Shown here: positions 9,073-21,595 of the stretch, in pieces
How the letters are laid out: the number at the start of each line of letters is the position of its first letter
Position numbering within the stretch: position 1 is the stretch's first letter
Origin: Candidatus Marinacidobacterales bacterium
GTDB taxonomy: Bacteria > Acidobacteriota > Vicinamibacteria > Marinacidobacterales > DATDRI01
Reading direction: 5' to 3'
Assembly (NCBI GenBank): GCA_965197825.1
Contig: CBDANW010000002.1
Location: 138,059-202,058 of the forward strand
Length of the DNA: 64,000 nt
The notes under the pieces: model-generated
Databases searched by the model: none
The model's input: the letters and a program-made list of their open reading frames with translations, nothing else
What the model was told of the DNA's origin: nothing
Program-made: the position numbers and the translations under genes

Positions 9073-10425
9073 ATGACGAAATCCAGTTCACGCCGTCGCA
9101 CCAAGGCCAAGCGCCCGCGTGCCGCTGTGCCGAAAACCGTACCCGCCGACAACGCTGCTTCCAGACGCGATCCGAAAAATGCGGAGATGCCCTCGCTGGT
9201 CGAGGTGTCGGTCGTCCCGCTCACGAAGCTGACGCCGCTAGAGGACAACCCGAGAACGCATACGACCCGCGGGATTGATTTCATTGCGGCGTCCCTCGAT
9301 CGCGTGGGGGCTGCGCGCTCAGGCGTCATTGACGAAGAGCGCGTGATCCTGGCGGGCAACGGAATGCGGGAGGCTGCGGTACAGGCCGGCTATCGAGACG
9401 CCATCGTGGTGAGTGTCGACGGCACACGGCCGGTGTTCGTGCAGCGGGCAAATCTTAGCCCGCCGCAAAAGACGCGGGTCATCATCGACGACAATCGCGC
9501 AAGCGAGCTGAGCGGCTGGAATGCGAGGTTGCTCGATTATGCCGAACAAGACCCGAGCATAAAGCGGGAGTGGACGGCGCCGGAATGGCGCGCCGCCGTG
9601 GGACCCGGGCCGATCACCGAAGGCCGCACCGATCCCGATGCCACCGTCGCGCACCGGCCAACAACCATCGTTCGTGGCGATCAATTCCGGCTCGGCGCCC
9701 ATCACCTGCGCTGCGGCGACAGTACCGACTCGGCCGACGTCCAGGCACTCCTAGGCGATCGGAAGCCCTGCCTCATGGCCACGGATCCCCCCTACGGAGT
9801 TAACTACGATCCGAGCTGGCGAGCCGGAGTCGATGGAGGCAAGAAGCATGCTGCGGGCCGCGTAGCAAATGACGATCGCATCGACTGGACGGCTGCGTTC
9901 CAGCTGTTCCCCGGTGATGTTGCCTATTGCTGGCACGCAGGCTTGCACGGCAAGGTGGTCGCGACCGCGTTGCGCACTGCTGGGCTCGAGGTCCGGTCCC
10001 AGATTATTTGGTGCAAGCAACATTTTGTCTTTAGCCGTGCTGATTATCACTGGCAACATGAGGTCTGTTGGTACGCGGTCCGCACGGGTCGTTCGTCCCG
10101 ATGGAAGGGCGACCGGGCACAGACCACAGTGTGGTCGGTTCCAAACAATAACCCGTTCGGCGGGGACGCGACGGCAGCAAACGCGCCCACCGGGCACGCC
10201 ACCCAAAAACCGGTAGCCCTTTTCGAGACACCGCTCCTGAACCACACTGAGTCCGGCGAGGCGGTGTACGACCCCTTTGCCGGCAGCGGCACCGCGGTGA
10301 TTGCCGCGGAACGACTGGGGCGCACCTGCTACGCCATGGAAATCCTGCCCATGCACGTGCAGTCGATCATCGATCGGTGGGAAGCATTTACCGGCAAGGC
10401 GGCGGTGAAGGTCTCGGGAGGATGA
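9073..10425 (+). CDS. ParB-like nuclease domain fused to N6-adenine/N4-cytosine DNA methyltransferase (phage-type orphan methylase)
   Basis: The N-terminus has a ParB/Srx motif (LEDNPRTHT...ILAGNGMREA). The methylase has motif IV, MATDPPYGV, and the AdoMet motif VYDPFAGSGTAVIAAERLGR with HATQKPVALF. No adjacent endonuclease is present. Confidence 0.85.
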   Translation: MTKSSSRRRTKAKRPRAAVPKTVPADNAASRRDPKNAEMPSLVEVSVVPLTKLTPLEDNPRTHTTRGIDFIAASLDRVGAARSGVIDEERVILAGNGMREAAVQAGYRDAIVVSVDGTRPVFVQRANLSPPQKTRVIIDDNRASELSGWNARLLDYAEQDPSIKREWTAPEWRAAVGPGPITEGRTDPDATVAHRPTTIVRGDQFRLGAHHLRCGDSTDSADVQALLGDRKPCLMATDPPYGVNYDPSWRAGVDGGKKHAAGRVANDDRIDWTAAFQLFPGDVAYCWHAGLHGKVVATALRTAGLEVRSQIIWCKQHFVFSRADYHWQHEVCWYAVRTGRSSRWKGDRAQTTVWSVPNNNPFGGDATAANAPTGHATQKPVALFETPLLNHTESGEAVYDPFAGSGTAVIAAERLGRTCYAMEILPMHVQSIIDRWEAFTGKAAVKVSGG

Positions 10426-10426
10426 G

Positions 10427-10891
10427 GTGGGGGTGAGTCGAGCCCAGCGTGAACGGGTCGCCTTGAGACAACAGGCCGTGCTCGACGCCTACGAGGTTTA
10501 TGGCACGATTGCCAAAGCTTGCGAGGTAGCCGGCGTCCCGCGCTCGGAGCATTATCGCTGGTTGAAGGGTAAACGCTACGCGGCGCGATTCGTGGAGGCC
10601 GAAGAACAGTCCATCCAGGCGCTGGAGACCGAGGCTCGTCGCCGGGCGCTGGCCGGGACGGAGAGACCTCTCTTGTACAAAGGAAAGGAGGTAGGGCACA
10701 CCCGCACGTTCAGTGACCCCCTCATGATGTTTCTATTGAAGGCCAAGCGGCCGGAGGTCTATCGCGACCGGAGGCTCCCTGCCCGTACCGAGCTTCCGGA
10801 CGCCTCGGCATCTTCTTCTGACGCCGGACTGCTGACGCGGATCAGCAGCGCAACCTTGGAGAAGACTCTTGCCGAAATCACCGACACTTGA
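10427..10891 (+). CDS. phage terminase small subunit-like HTH protein
   Basis: N-terminal HTH (GTIAKACEVAGVPRSEHYRWLK) and the segment LMMFLLKAKRPEVYRDR are typical of small terminase subunits. It lies immediately upstream of, and overlaps, the large-subunit gene. Confidence 0.6.
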   Translation: MGVSRAQRERVALRQQAVLDAYEVYGTIAKACEVAGVPRSEHYRWLKGKRYAARFVEAEEQSIQALETEARRRALAGTERPLLYKGKEVGHTRTFSDPLMMFLLKAKRPEVYRDRRLPARTELPDASASSSDAGLLTRISSATLEKTLAEITDT

Positions 10892-12290
10892 AGCTCTCCG
10901 CACCACGCTCCGCCCGGATGCGATTCGCGCCGAGCTGCGTCGGCGTGCAATGCCGACCACGACCAACGCGGAGCTACTGCAGTACGTGGAGGACACCTTC
11001 GGGGTTCGGATTCCGCAGGTTCGCTGTTGCGCGAGGCATCGGACGCCCGCTGAGGCATTTTGCGACAGCTATTTTGCCCGGACGCCCGTCACGGTTTGGA
11101 ACGCGTCCCGGGCCTTTGGGGGAAAGACCTACTTGCTGAGTCTTCTCGCCCTGACGGAATCCGTGACTCTCGAAACCAGCGTCACCGTGCTAGGCGGTTC
11201 GGGGGAGCAGTCCGTACGGGTCCTCGATGCGATGCGCGGGCACTGGGGGGCACCCCATGCGCCACGCCATCTGCTCGATGGACTGCCTAAACTCAACAAA
11301 ACCCGTTTACTCTGGGGCAATACCATCACAGCTCTCACCGCGTCCCAGACAGCCGTCCGCGGTTTGCATCCGGCGCGGCTACGTATCGATGAGGCGGACG
11401 AGATGCGCCTTTCGATCCTCGAAGCCGCTCAAGGCCAACCGATGGATCAAAAAGGTGTGCGGGCGCAGACCGTCATCGCCTCTACCCATCAGCACCCAGA
11501 CGGTACGATGACGGAGGTGCTCCGCCGAGCTGCCGAACAGGGATGGCCCGTGTACGAGTGGTGCTGGAAGGAAACGCAGGAACCGCACGGCTGGCTCTCA
11601 CCGGCACAGGTGCAGCGGAAACGCTCCGAGATCACGGCCCAGATGTGGCGCACGGAATTTGACCTCCAGGAGCCGACCGCCGAGGGGCGCGCCATCGATC
11701 CCGATGCCGTGGAGTGGACGTTCGATGCCTCGCTCGGTGAAAGCAACGCCGCTGCGCTCGAGCATGGGTGGGAGGCCGTGCCGGGCGGACCGAAGAAGCA
11801 GCCCCGCCGACGCCGACGATACGCTCACGGAGCCGACTGGGCACAAGCGGTCGACTTCACGGTGGTGGTGACCTTACAGTGTGATGTGAAGCCGCTCCAG
11901 CTGGTGGCCGCCGTGCGCACTAACCGGCGCCCCTGGCCCGTTATGATCGACTTGCTAGACAGCGCCGCGGAACGCTACCCGGGGCCTGTCGCCCACGATG
12001 CCACCGGCGGTGGGTCCGTGGTCGCTGAGTACGTAAAGGCGCGCGAAGTCCTCGATTTTCAGATGACGGGTCGTCAACGCCGGGACCTTTTTATCAGCTA
12101 TATCGCGGCGCTCGAACGCCATGAGCTCAAGATGCCGCGGCTCGAACCCTTCTATCGCGAGCACAAGTACTGTAGTGTGGATGCTCTCTACGGGAACGGT
12201 CACCCGCCGGATACGGTCGTCGCCTGCGCGTTGGCCTATCACGCGTTCCGCACCGGCCGCGCACCGGGTGACTACGGCATCACGATCTGA
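10869..12290 (+). CDS. phage terminase large subunit
   Basis: Walker A-like RAFGGKTYLLSLLAL and Walker B LRIDEADEM are followed by an RNaseH-like nuclease half (HGADWAQAVDFTVVVTL). The likely start is the internal Met MPTTTNAELLQYVE. No portal or head genes follow, because the prophage is truncated by IS debris at ~12300-12450. Confidence 0.7.
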   Translation: MPKSPTLEALRTTLRPDAIRAELRRRAMPTTTNAELLQYVEDTFGVRIPQVRCCARHRTPAEAFCDSYFARTPVTVWNASRAFGGKTYLLSLLALTESVTLETSVTVLGGSGEQSVRVLDAMRGHWGAPHAPRHLLDGLPKLNKTRLLWGNTITALTASQTAVRGLHPARLRIDEADEMRLSILEAAQGQPMDQKGVRAQTVIASTHQHPDGTMTEVLRRAAEQGWPVYEWCWKETQEPHGWLSPAQVQRKRSEITAQMWRTEFDLQEPTAEGRAIDPDAVEWTFDASLGESNAAALEHGWEAVPGGPKKQPRRRRRYAHGADWAQAVDFTVVVTLQCDVKPLQLVAAVRTNRRPWPVMIDLLDSAAERYPGPVAHDATGGGSVVAEYVKAREVLDFQMTGRQRRDLFISYIAALERHELKMPRLEPFYREHKYCSVDALYGNGHPPDTVVACALAYHAFRTGRAPGDYGITI

Positions 12291-12447
12291 CGGCTGACGC
12301 CTCGGTTCGCTGACACGCGACCCACTGAAGTTGCTCCACGACTTCGTCCTCGCTTCGTCTTGCGGAGAGCACGCCACCGCTTCATATACTCGCGCTGATA
12401 GTCAGTCTTCGCGCGGCCCTTCAGTGCCATTTCAGCAAGTCATCGCC

Positions 12448-12626
12448 CTGTGCCTTCTATTTATTCATCCGCGCGCCCCGAACTTGATCGGTCTCCGGTC
12501 TCCCGGGACCATGCCTACATGATCTCGTCGTTTGTTCGCGCTCGGCCCTTGGCACGGCCGCAAACACAGACACTAAGTTGCTGATTCATGGGCTATTTCA
12601 AAAGGGCCGAGTTTTGGCACAGGACG
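12448..12626. mobile_element. ~180-bp MITE (CTGTGCCTTCTATTTATTCATCC ... GAGTTTTGGCACAGGACG)
   Basis: Joins the 5' end and the 3' end of the rve-type IS with no coding capacity. A second copy is at 61883-62064 and a 150-bp variant at 29840-29992. Confidence 0.7.
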
Positions 12627-12739
12627 CGGTCGCGACTTCCGAGCAGCCCGCCCGAACGCCCTTTAGGTGGCAGATCTCACCTACGTTGCGACGTGGCAAG
12701 GTTTCGTCTACGTCGCGTTTGTCATCGACAGGACGCCGT

Positions 12740-13696
12740 TCAGCGCTCGCAGACAACTCCGTCCCCGTCGGCATCTCGCATGTAGGGATACGCAGGATGG
12801 CCGCGGCGCACTGGCGCGATCCCGTGGCGCCGTGCTTCAGCGCAAGTGATGCGGCCGTTGCCGTTGTCGTCGTACTGACGGAGCGCGCTACTGCCGCTGG
12901 TCGCGCGGGCCGAGCCTTGGCGCGCCGTGCCGCCCTTGGCCTCACCGCCACCAGCTTCGCAGACAATCCCGTCGCCGTCACCATCGCGCATATAGGCGTA
13001 GGCCGGATGGTCGCGGCGCACCGGGGCGATCCCATGGGTGCGAGCCTCGGCGCACGTGATACGGCCATCGTCGTTGTCGTCCCACTGGGTGAGTATCTCA
13101 CGCGCATCGGCGGCCGTCGGGGTGATGTCCTGAGCGACCGGTGAGGCACCACGGGCCACCATGACGAGGTCGGTCGACTGGCATCCAGACAACACGCGTT
13201 CAAGGGTGTCTGCTTCGCGCTCGTCTATCGTCAGACCGTACTTTCGGCGGACAGCGACGCTACGGTCTGCGAACCAGCACCGGTTCTGGTCGGGTAACCA
13301 CTCCGCGGCATCCCGAGCGCGCTTCTGGTTCCGGTTCACGCCGGGACTTGCCAGCGTCAGATTCAGCAGATCCGTTGCGAAGCGTCGGCGGGTCGCCTCA
13401 TCCGCCACACAAAGTCCGCTGTCGTGTGCCTCGGAGCGGGCGACGATATGTTCAATGTCCGTCTCCCGTTTGTTGGCGAACCAGCGGCCCGTGTAGGGAC
13501 CATAGACGCCGCCAAGCTCGGCGATGACCCGGTCCTCCACAGACTGCGGATACCGATAGTCGTCAGCATCGTACGGGGAGCAACGGGATTCGGGGGCAAC
13601 CACCAAGCCCCGCCACGACGTCTGGGCCGTGGCGGGGTTGTGCCACGAGCCCGTGGCGAGCACAGCGATCCATACGGGAATGGGGAAGTGTCGCAT
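12740..13696 (-). CDS. secreted DUF1524/His-Me-finger-type nuclease with two C-terminal Excalibur calcium-binding repeats
   Basis: Signal peptide MRHFPIPVWIAVLATGSWHNPATAQ. Nuclease motifs are TDIEHIVARSEAHDSG and LNLTLASPGVNRNQK. Two repeats of ITCAEAR.HGIAPVRR.HPAY.YMRD.DGDG.VCE follow. Confidence 0.75.
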   Translation of the reverse strand: MRHFPIPVWIAVLATGSWHNPATAQTSWRGLVVAPESRCSPYDADDYRYPQSVEDRVIAELGGVYGPYTGRWFANKRETDIEHIVARSEAHDSGLCVADEATRRRFATDLLNLTLASPGVNRNQKRARDAAEWLPDQNRCWFADRSVAVRRKYGLTIDEREADTLERVLSGCQSTDLVMVARGASPVAQDITPTAADAREILTQWDDNDDGRITCAEARTHGIAPVRRDHPAYAYMRDGDGDGIVCEAGGGEAKGGTARQGSARATSGSSALRQYDDNGNGRITCAEARRHGIAPVRRGHPAYPYMRDADGDGVVCER

Positions 13697-13808
13697 CTTA
13701 TCTTACCTCTTACAGGCTATGCCGTCGTTCTCTCGGTCGATTGCGCGCGATGGAGACGCATATCGCGGTCCTCCACCTAGTAGCGTACAGCGGCGAAGAA
13801 TGGAACTC

Positions 13809-13936
13809 GGGTGCTTCCGCAATCAAATGTTGGCGCCTGCCGTGTAACCCGTTCGCGTGCTAGAGTTTGAGCCTGATTTCGAGAGGCGCAGTTCTTTCGT
13901 CGATGCCGGCTGGGCCGAGTTTTGGCACAGGACGGG
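13809..13936. repeat. ~128-bp IS-end-related element ending in the TIR-A terminus
   Basis: GGTGCTTCCGCAATCAAATGTTGG...GGGCCGAGTTTTGGCACAGGACGGG. An inverted copy is at 63267-63394. Confidence 0.6.
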
Positions 13937-14046
13937 CTCTGGCGCCGATTCGCAAGCTGGTGCCGCCGGCGGGGAGGATCGACTTCTCGCCGTTGATTCT
14001 GCTGGTCCTCCTTCAGATTCTGAGGCGCGCGTTGATGGTCAAGTGA
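13937..14046 (+). pseudogene. 3' fragment of a yggT-family membrane protein gene
   Basis: LAPIRKLVPPAGRIDFSPLILLVLLQILRRALMVK* matches the conserved YggT C-terminus. Everything upstream is replaced by the IS-end element. Confidence 0.55.
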
Positions 14047-14148
14047 AGATTTTCCTGTAAAGGTTCCGGAGGCGCTGGACCCTCCCAGCATCATGCAGCC
14101 TCGTTCAAATTACTCAACGTCCTCTCAGAAGGAGGCAGGTCACAGTGG

Positions 14149-17100
14149 TTAGGATACCGCAATTTCCTCTATGCTACCCGAGCTAAGAAACACGAGAAGC
14201 CCTCTTTGTGCGGCAGTAGCGCGCAGGTAATCCCTCAATTGAGTTCGATACAGCTCTACAATCCTCTGCACGGGAGCTACGTCGCTTTTCCAATCCACAA
14301 CTGTATCGATGTGGCCTGTTCCATCAACCGCGACCGCATCTGCAACGCCCGCTGTCAAGGAAGCCACCCCGTTTTCAACCGTGCCCGTGTAGATGCAAAA
14401 CTCCGGTAGCAACCGGGGACGTATGTCAGCAATCGTTGGCAGTTGCAGCGTCCGCGCGATCGTTTTTGCTATCTCGGTGCTGCATGGTCCGTCCTGAGGA
14501 TCCGGTGCATCATCAATACCCAACTGGCCAATGAGCTCGGCGGCGCGCGTTTGCAACACTTGCACGTCTTCCGCAGTTTCGCCGGTGAGCACCTCTTCCA
14601 TCAGCTTGTGCAGAATGAGGCCTCGTTCCCGGCTGCCTCGAGCCAGCACTTCCTCCGCTGATTCGGGCATAGTTTCGAGCATCGCCTCTGTGCCGACGAA
14701 TACTTTCTCTGCCTGTTCCACCGGCTCTAGCGGTTCCTCATGGCGGCTGGGCCGATGCCACCTTATACGCCATTGATTGGCAGCGATTGTCGCGGCTTCA
14801 CGTTGCCACGTTGCGACATCCTGGCTATTGGAACTGCCGGTTGCCTCCACCGGTGGTGCTCTTTCGAATCGTCTCGTATCAAGAAGTGGTAATGATTCGA
14901 TGTCGAGGTCGACCAGGCTGAGCCAATCGTTGGCCATGCGCTCGTTCTGCCTTGGGAGCAGAAGCAGATCCCGCGCACGGGTCAATGCCACATACCAGAG
15001 ACGAACGCGCTCACGCTGCAACTCTTCTTCTTCCTCCTCGCGCACCCTCTCGTAGTCCCGGCTCGGATATTCAAATACTTTGAAATGAACACTGTCGTCC
15101 CGGCTCCTGTACAGGAAGCCCCTGTTGGACCGCAACGATGTCGTGGAATTGATCGGTATCACGATCGGCCATTCTAGCCCCTTCGCCGAGTGCATTGTAA
15201 TGATAGAAACGGCGTCGTCTGCTGCATCGGGTCTGCCCTCCGCCTGGGCGTCACCGTCATCCCAGCGTCGCCACATCGCACCGGCGAAATCGCCGATACC
15301 GCGCCCCGCATAAGCCCGTGCCATTTCCAATACAAGATCGACATTGGCGAGCGCCCGTTCAGCACCACGCGGATTGCGTGCTTTGAGGATCGGCCGAACG
15401 TTAAGCTCCTCCATCGCTTCGGCAAGCACAAGGTACGGCGTTGTGCGGCGGGCCTTGCGGGCGAGGTTTTGCAGCACGATGAGAGTATGCTGAAGCAACT
15501 GGTTTTCGATCCGCTCAGGCGATGTCCACAGATACAGCCGGGATTCCTGTTTCTCTCCAGCCCGTAGCGCCTCTATTTCATCGGCGATCTGTTCTTCGGT
15601 GAGTCCTACCAGCGGCCCGCGGATCAAGGCACCGAATGCGAGCGTATCGCGGTGATCCGCTATTGCTCTTGCAATGGCGATCATGTCTTGGACTTCCTGG
15701 CGGCGGAAGAAACCCTTGCCCGCTTGTGTGGCAATTGGAATCCCGAGGCGCTCGAGGGCTCGCTCGTAGATCCAGAGGCTGGTGCCAGTCGGCGCGACCA
15801 GGGCGATGTCGCCGGCGCATGCAGGCCGGAATTGCTTTTCCGCCGTGTCCGATACAGGATACGCTCCTATCAGCCTCCACACGATATCCGCCACAACGGA
15901 CGCTTCTTCCCGTCGCACTTCATTTACGACCAGCTTTCCTCGTTTTCTGTGGCGCTCACCGAGCTGGACTTCAAAAGCTGCAACACTGGGTTCATCTCTG
16001 GCCTTACGAATGGGACTAAGTGTCGTGAAGCCAGGTTGCCCCTGTGTTTCAGCGAGCATGGCCTTAAATTGTTGGTTCACATATTGAAGGATTGATTCCT
16101 TCGCCCGAAAGTTGGCGGTCACCTCAAGGATCGCAGCCTCCGCGTCGTCCGAGAGCGCTCTTTTTGCGAGAAGATAAGTGTGCACGTCGGCACCTCGGAA
16201 CCGATAGATGGCCTGTTTCGGATCGCCAACCAAGAACAGCGCGCCAGCGCGGATAGCGAGCTCATGCCACGGCCCCGTTGGATCGCCCTCACCTGCAATT
16301 CGCCAGAGGATTTCGGCCTGCAGCGGATCGGTATCCTGAAACTCATCCACCAGAATGCGGGGATAGCGTGCCGCGAGAGCGGCTCGTACTGGCGCGTTAT
16401 CTCTGAGAAGGTCCCGTGCGTGATGTAGCAGATCGTCGAAGTCAAGGAGAGCAGCGTTGCGCTTGTAGTTCCGGTAAAGGTCGCGAAGCACGTCAAACTC
16501 GGCAACAAACCTATAAAACGCAACACCTCCGAGGCCAACGCAAAAATCATGATACGCTTCCTCGCAGGCTTGGTAGAGGCTATTGCCGCGCGCACTTAGT
16601 TGCTCACCCTTTGCAACGCTTCCGCCGACGGCCCTCGCGGCGTTCTTCCACCGCGTCTTGCCGCGCCATTGCTTGAACTCTCTTGAATTCGTTTTGCAGG
16701 CGGACGGGGCGTCATGGAACAGCAGTTCGGCGGTCGAGCGACCGGTCAGAGGTCTTGCCGTTGCCTCACGAACCATATCGGCTATCCGGCCGAGATTTGC
16801 AGTGATTTCGCGTGTGACAGGCTCCAGCACACGGCAACCGCTATACCAAGAAGTGAACTTGTCAACCGCTGCTATAAATCTTGCGAACACTGTCTGGTCG
16901 AGTTGTCCTTTTACAGCCTGGGCCGTGCGGTGGGTCTTCAGAAACTGTGCGGTTTTCTCTATCAGATCCAACGTCGCATCAGGTGCCTTGATGAACAGCT
17001 CGCCGAAAAAGTCCTCCTCGCCACCCGCGCCTTGAATGGGTGGAACACGCCCGATGCCTTCCGCTCCTCGGTTACGCCCGAAATGCGCCGAGAGCCAAGC

Positions 17101-17580
17101 TTTCATCAAATCCTCATAGGCGAGTTCCGCTGCTGCTGGATCGACGATCTCCGCGTCCGGATCAAGGCCTGTCTCGACGGAATAGGGCCTGATCAACTGC
17201 TGACAGAAACCATGGATCGTCGTACAGGTGACTTCATCTAAAGCGGCAGCACCGCTTTCAAGCGCTGCCTTGTGGTCGTCAGTCAGGCCTTTCGGTAATC
17301 CCTCTTCGAGTTCGACGGGCACTTTGCCGTCCAGAAGCGACCGCACAAAACCTTCTATTCGCTCAAGCAGTTCGGCAGCGGCCGCCTCCGTAAACGTGAT
17401 TGCGACGATCTTCTTCGGATGCACGCCCGAGGCAACCAGTAGCGCCACCCGCCCGGCCATGAGTGCGGTTTTCCCGCTTCCAGCGCCGGCCTCGACGAGC
17501 AATGTGCGCTCATGGTCCGTAAGCGCTGCGATACGTGCCTCGGAATCAGGGAGCACGGTAGCAATACCGGCTTCTGACAT
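14149..17580 (-). CDS. addA: AddA-type UvrD/Rep-family helicase with C-terminal PD-(D/E)XK nuclease
   Basis: Walker A VEAGAGSGKTALMAGRV, motif II VDEFQDTDPLQ and HSAKGLEWPIV. The C-terminal nuclease has VADAVAVD...IDTVVDWKSD...YRTQLRDY. The real start is MSEAGIAT at 17580, with GGGAGGAG 8 nt upstream. The track's 95-aa N-terminal extension overlaps addB. Confidence 0.8.
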   Translation of the reverse strand: MSEAGIATVLPDSEARIAALTDHERTLLVEAGAGSGKTALMAGRVALLVASGVHPKKIVAITFTEAAAAELLERIEGFVRSLLDGKVPVELEEGLPKGLTDDHKAALESGAAALDEVTCTTIHGFCQQLIRPYSVETGLDPDAEIVDPAAAELAYEDLMKAWLSAHFGRNRGAEGIGRVPPIQGAGGEEDFFGELFIKAPDATLDLIEKTAQFLKTHRTAQAVKGQLDQTVFARFIAAVDKFTSWYSGCRVLEPVTREITANLGRIADMVREATARPLTGRSTAELLFHDAPSACKTNSREFKQWRGKTRWKNAARAVGGSVAKGEQLSARGNSLYQACEEAYHDFCVGLGGVAFYRFVAEFDVLRDLYRNYKRNAALLDFDDLLHHARDLLRDNAPVRAALAARYPRILVDEFQDTDPLQAEILWRIAGEGDPTGPWHELAIRAGALFLVGDPKQAIYRFRGADVHTYLLAKRALSDDAEAAILEVTANFRAKESILQYVNQQFKAMLAETQGQPGFTTLSPIRKARDEPSVAAFEVQLGERHRKRGKLVVNEVRREEASVVADIVWRLIGAYPVSDTAEKQFRPACAGDIALVAPTGTSLWIYERALERLGIPIATQAGKGFFRRQEVQDMIAIARAIADHRDTLAFGALIRGPLVGLTEEQIADEIEALRAGEKQESRLYLWTSPERIENQLLQHTLIVLQNLARKARRTTPYLVLAEAMEELNVRPILKARNPRGAERALANVDLVLEMARAYAGRGIGDFAGAMWRRWDDGDAQAEGRPDAADDAVSIITMHSAKGLEWPIVIPINSTTSLRSNRGFLYRSRDDSVHFKVFEYPSRDYERVREEEEEELQRERVRLWYVALTRARDLLLLPRQNERMANDWLSLVDLDIESLPLLDTRRFERAPPVEATGSSNSQDVATWQREAATIAANQWRIRWHRPSRHEEPLEPVEQAEKVFVGTEAMLETMPESAEEVLARGSRERGLILHKLMEEVLTGETAEDVQVLQTRAAELIGQLGIDDAPDPQDGPCSTEIAKTIARTLQLPTIADIRPRLLPEFCIYTGTVENGVASLTAGVADAVAVDGTGHIDTVVDWKSDVAPVQRIVELYRTQLRDYLRATAAQRGLLVFLSSGSIEEIAVS

Positions 17581-17581
17581 C

Positions 17582-20792
<3,211 letters not shown>

Positions 20793-20869
20793 TACCGGTT
20801 GGCACGCGTCGCCTGACGGACCTAGCTTCTCGCGGGGAACAATGCGTTCTTTCTTAATCACGTTATTGC

Positions 20870-20988
20870 GTCGTTGGCCCGGCAGCGACAGAGTGCAGAA
20901 CCTCCACCGAGGCGAAGACGAGTTCGCAGGACCTCAACTCCCATGGCTGTCTGCCCGTCAATACGCGATCTTCTCTTTTGCGGATCAC
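20870..20988. repeat. terminal fragment of another IS type (end TGTGATCCGCAAAAGAGAAGATCGCG...)
   Basis: Shares ~120 bp with 52675-52800. Shorter related termini occur at 36931-37025, 43497-43540 and 63167-63215. Confidence 0.55.
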
Positions 20989-20995
20989 ACCTCTC

Positions 20996-21487
20996 CTACG
21001 TCGGTAGATACTTCGAACCGCGGTTATCGAAAGCAGGACGCGTACCTTCAAGCACGTTAATTGCGTGCAGATTCAATTCCGGTGCTTCAATCGAGCCCAT
21101 GGTGTAGTGCACTCGATTTCCATCGCTGCGATCGATGTCGGCATAGATGATCTGTTCAGCGTCGCATACCAAGAAGTGCCGGCCCCAAAACTTCTTCCTC
21201 AGGTGAGCAAACTCCTGAAGGAGTACACAGGAGCTTATACCCTTTAGCCACTGCACGATCGTACTGAGGTCCTGGTGCGGACGGTAGGACAGGAAGACGT
21301 GGACGTGGTCGCGTGCAACCTTACCCGAGATAATGTGCCGCTCATGTTCCAGCGCGATCTGACGAATGAAATCGCGCACACGAACCGCTACCGGGCCGAT
21401 GAGCACCTTTTTACGATATTTCGGTATCCAGACGACGTGCGCTTTCAGGTCCGTTTTCGTGTGCGCTCCGTGCCTGTAGTGACGCAC
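20996..21487 (-). CDS. tnpA: IS200/IS605-family TnpA-like (HUH) transposase, C-terminus atypical
   Basis: KAHVVWIPKYRKKVL and the HUH motif DHVHVFLSY are present, followed by FWGRHF. The expected Tyr-containing GY(F/Y) segment is not recognisable. Hairpins lie upstream at 21520-21590, and another IS terminus abuts the 3' end. Confidence 0.6.
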   Translation of the reverse strand: MRHYRHGAHTKTDLKAHVVWIPKYRKKVLIGPVAVRVRDFIRQIALEHERHIISGKVARDHVHVFLSYRPHQDLSTIVQWLKGISSCVLLQEFAHLRKKFWGRHFLVCDAEQIIYADIDRSDGNRVHYTMGSIEAPELNLHAINVLEGTRPAFDNRGSKYLPT

Positions 21488-21595
21488 GCGACCACACTAC
21501 CACGACCTTCTCTTCGCCTAAAGGCGAGGGGTTTCCACCATCCCCGGAAGGGACACTAAAACAGTCTCCGGAAAACCCGGAGAGGTTCATTCTCT

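Noticed and set aside
12578-13203. 188-aa plus-strand and 201-aa minus-strand alternative ORFs overlapping the Excalibur nuclease gene.
   Set aside because: The 12740-13696 frame carries a signal peptide, nuclease motifs and two Excalibur repeats. The competing frames are featureless.
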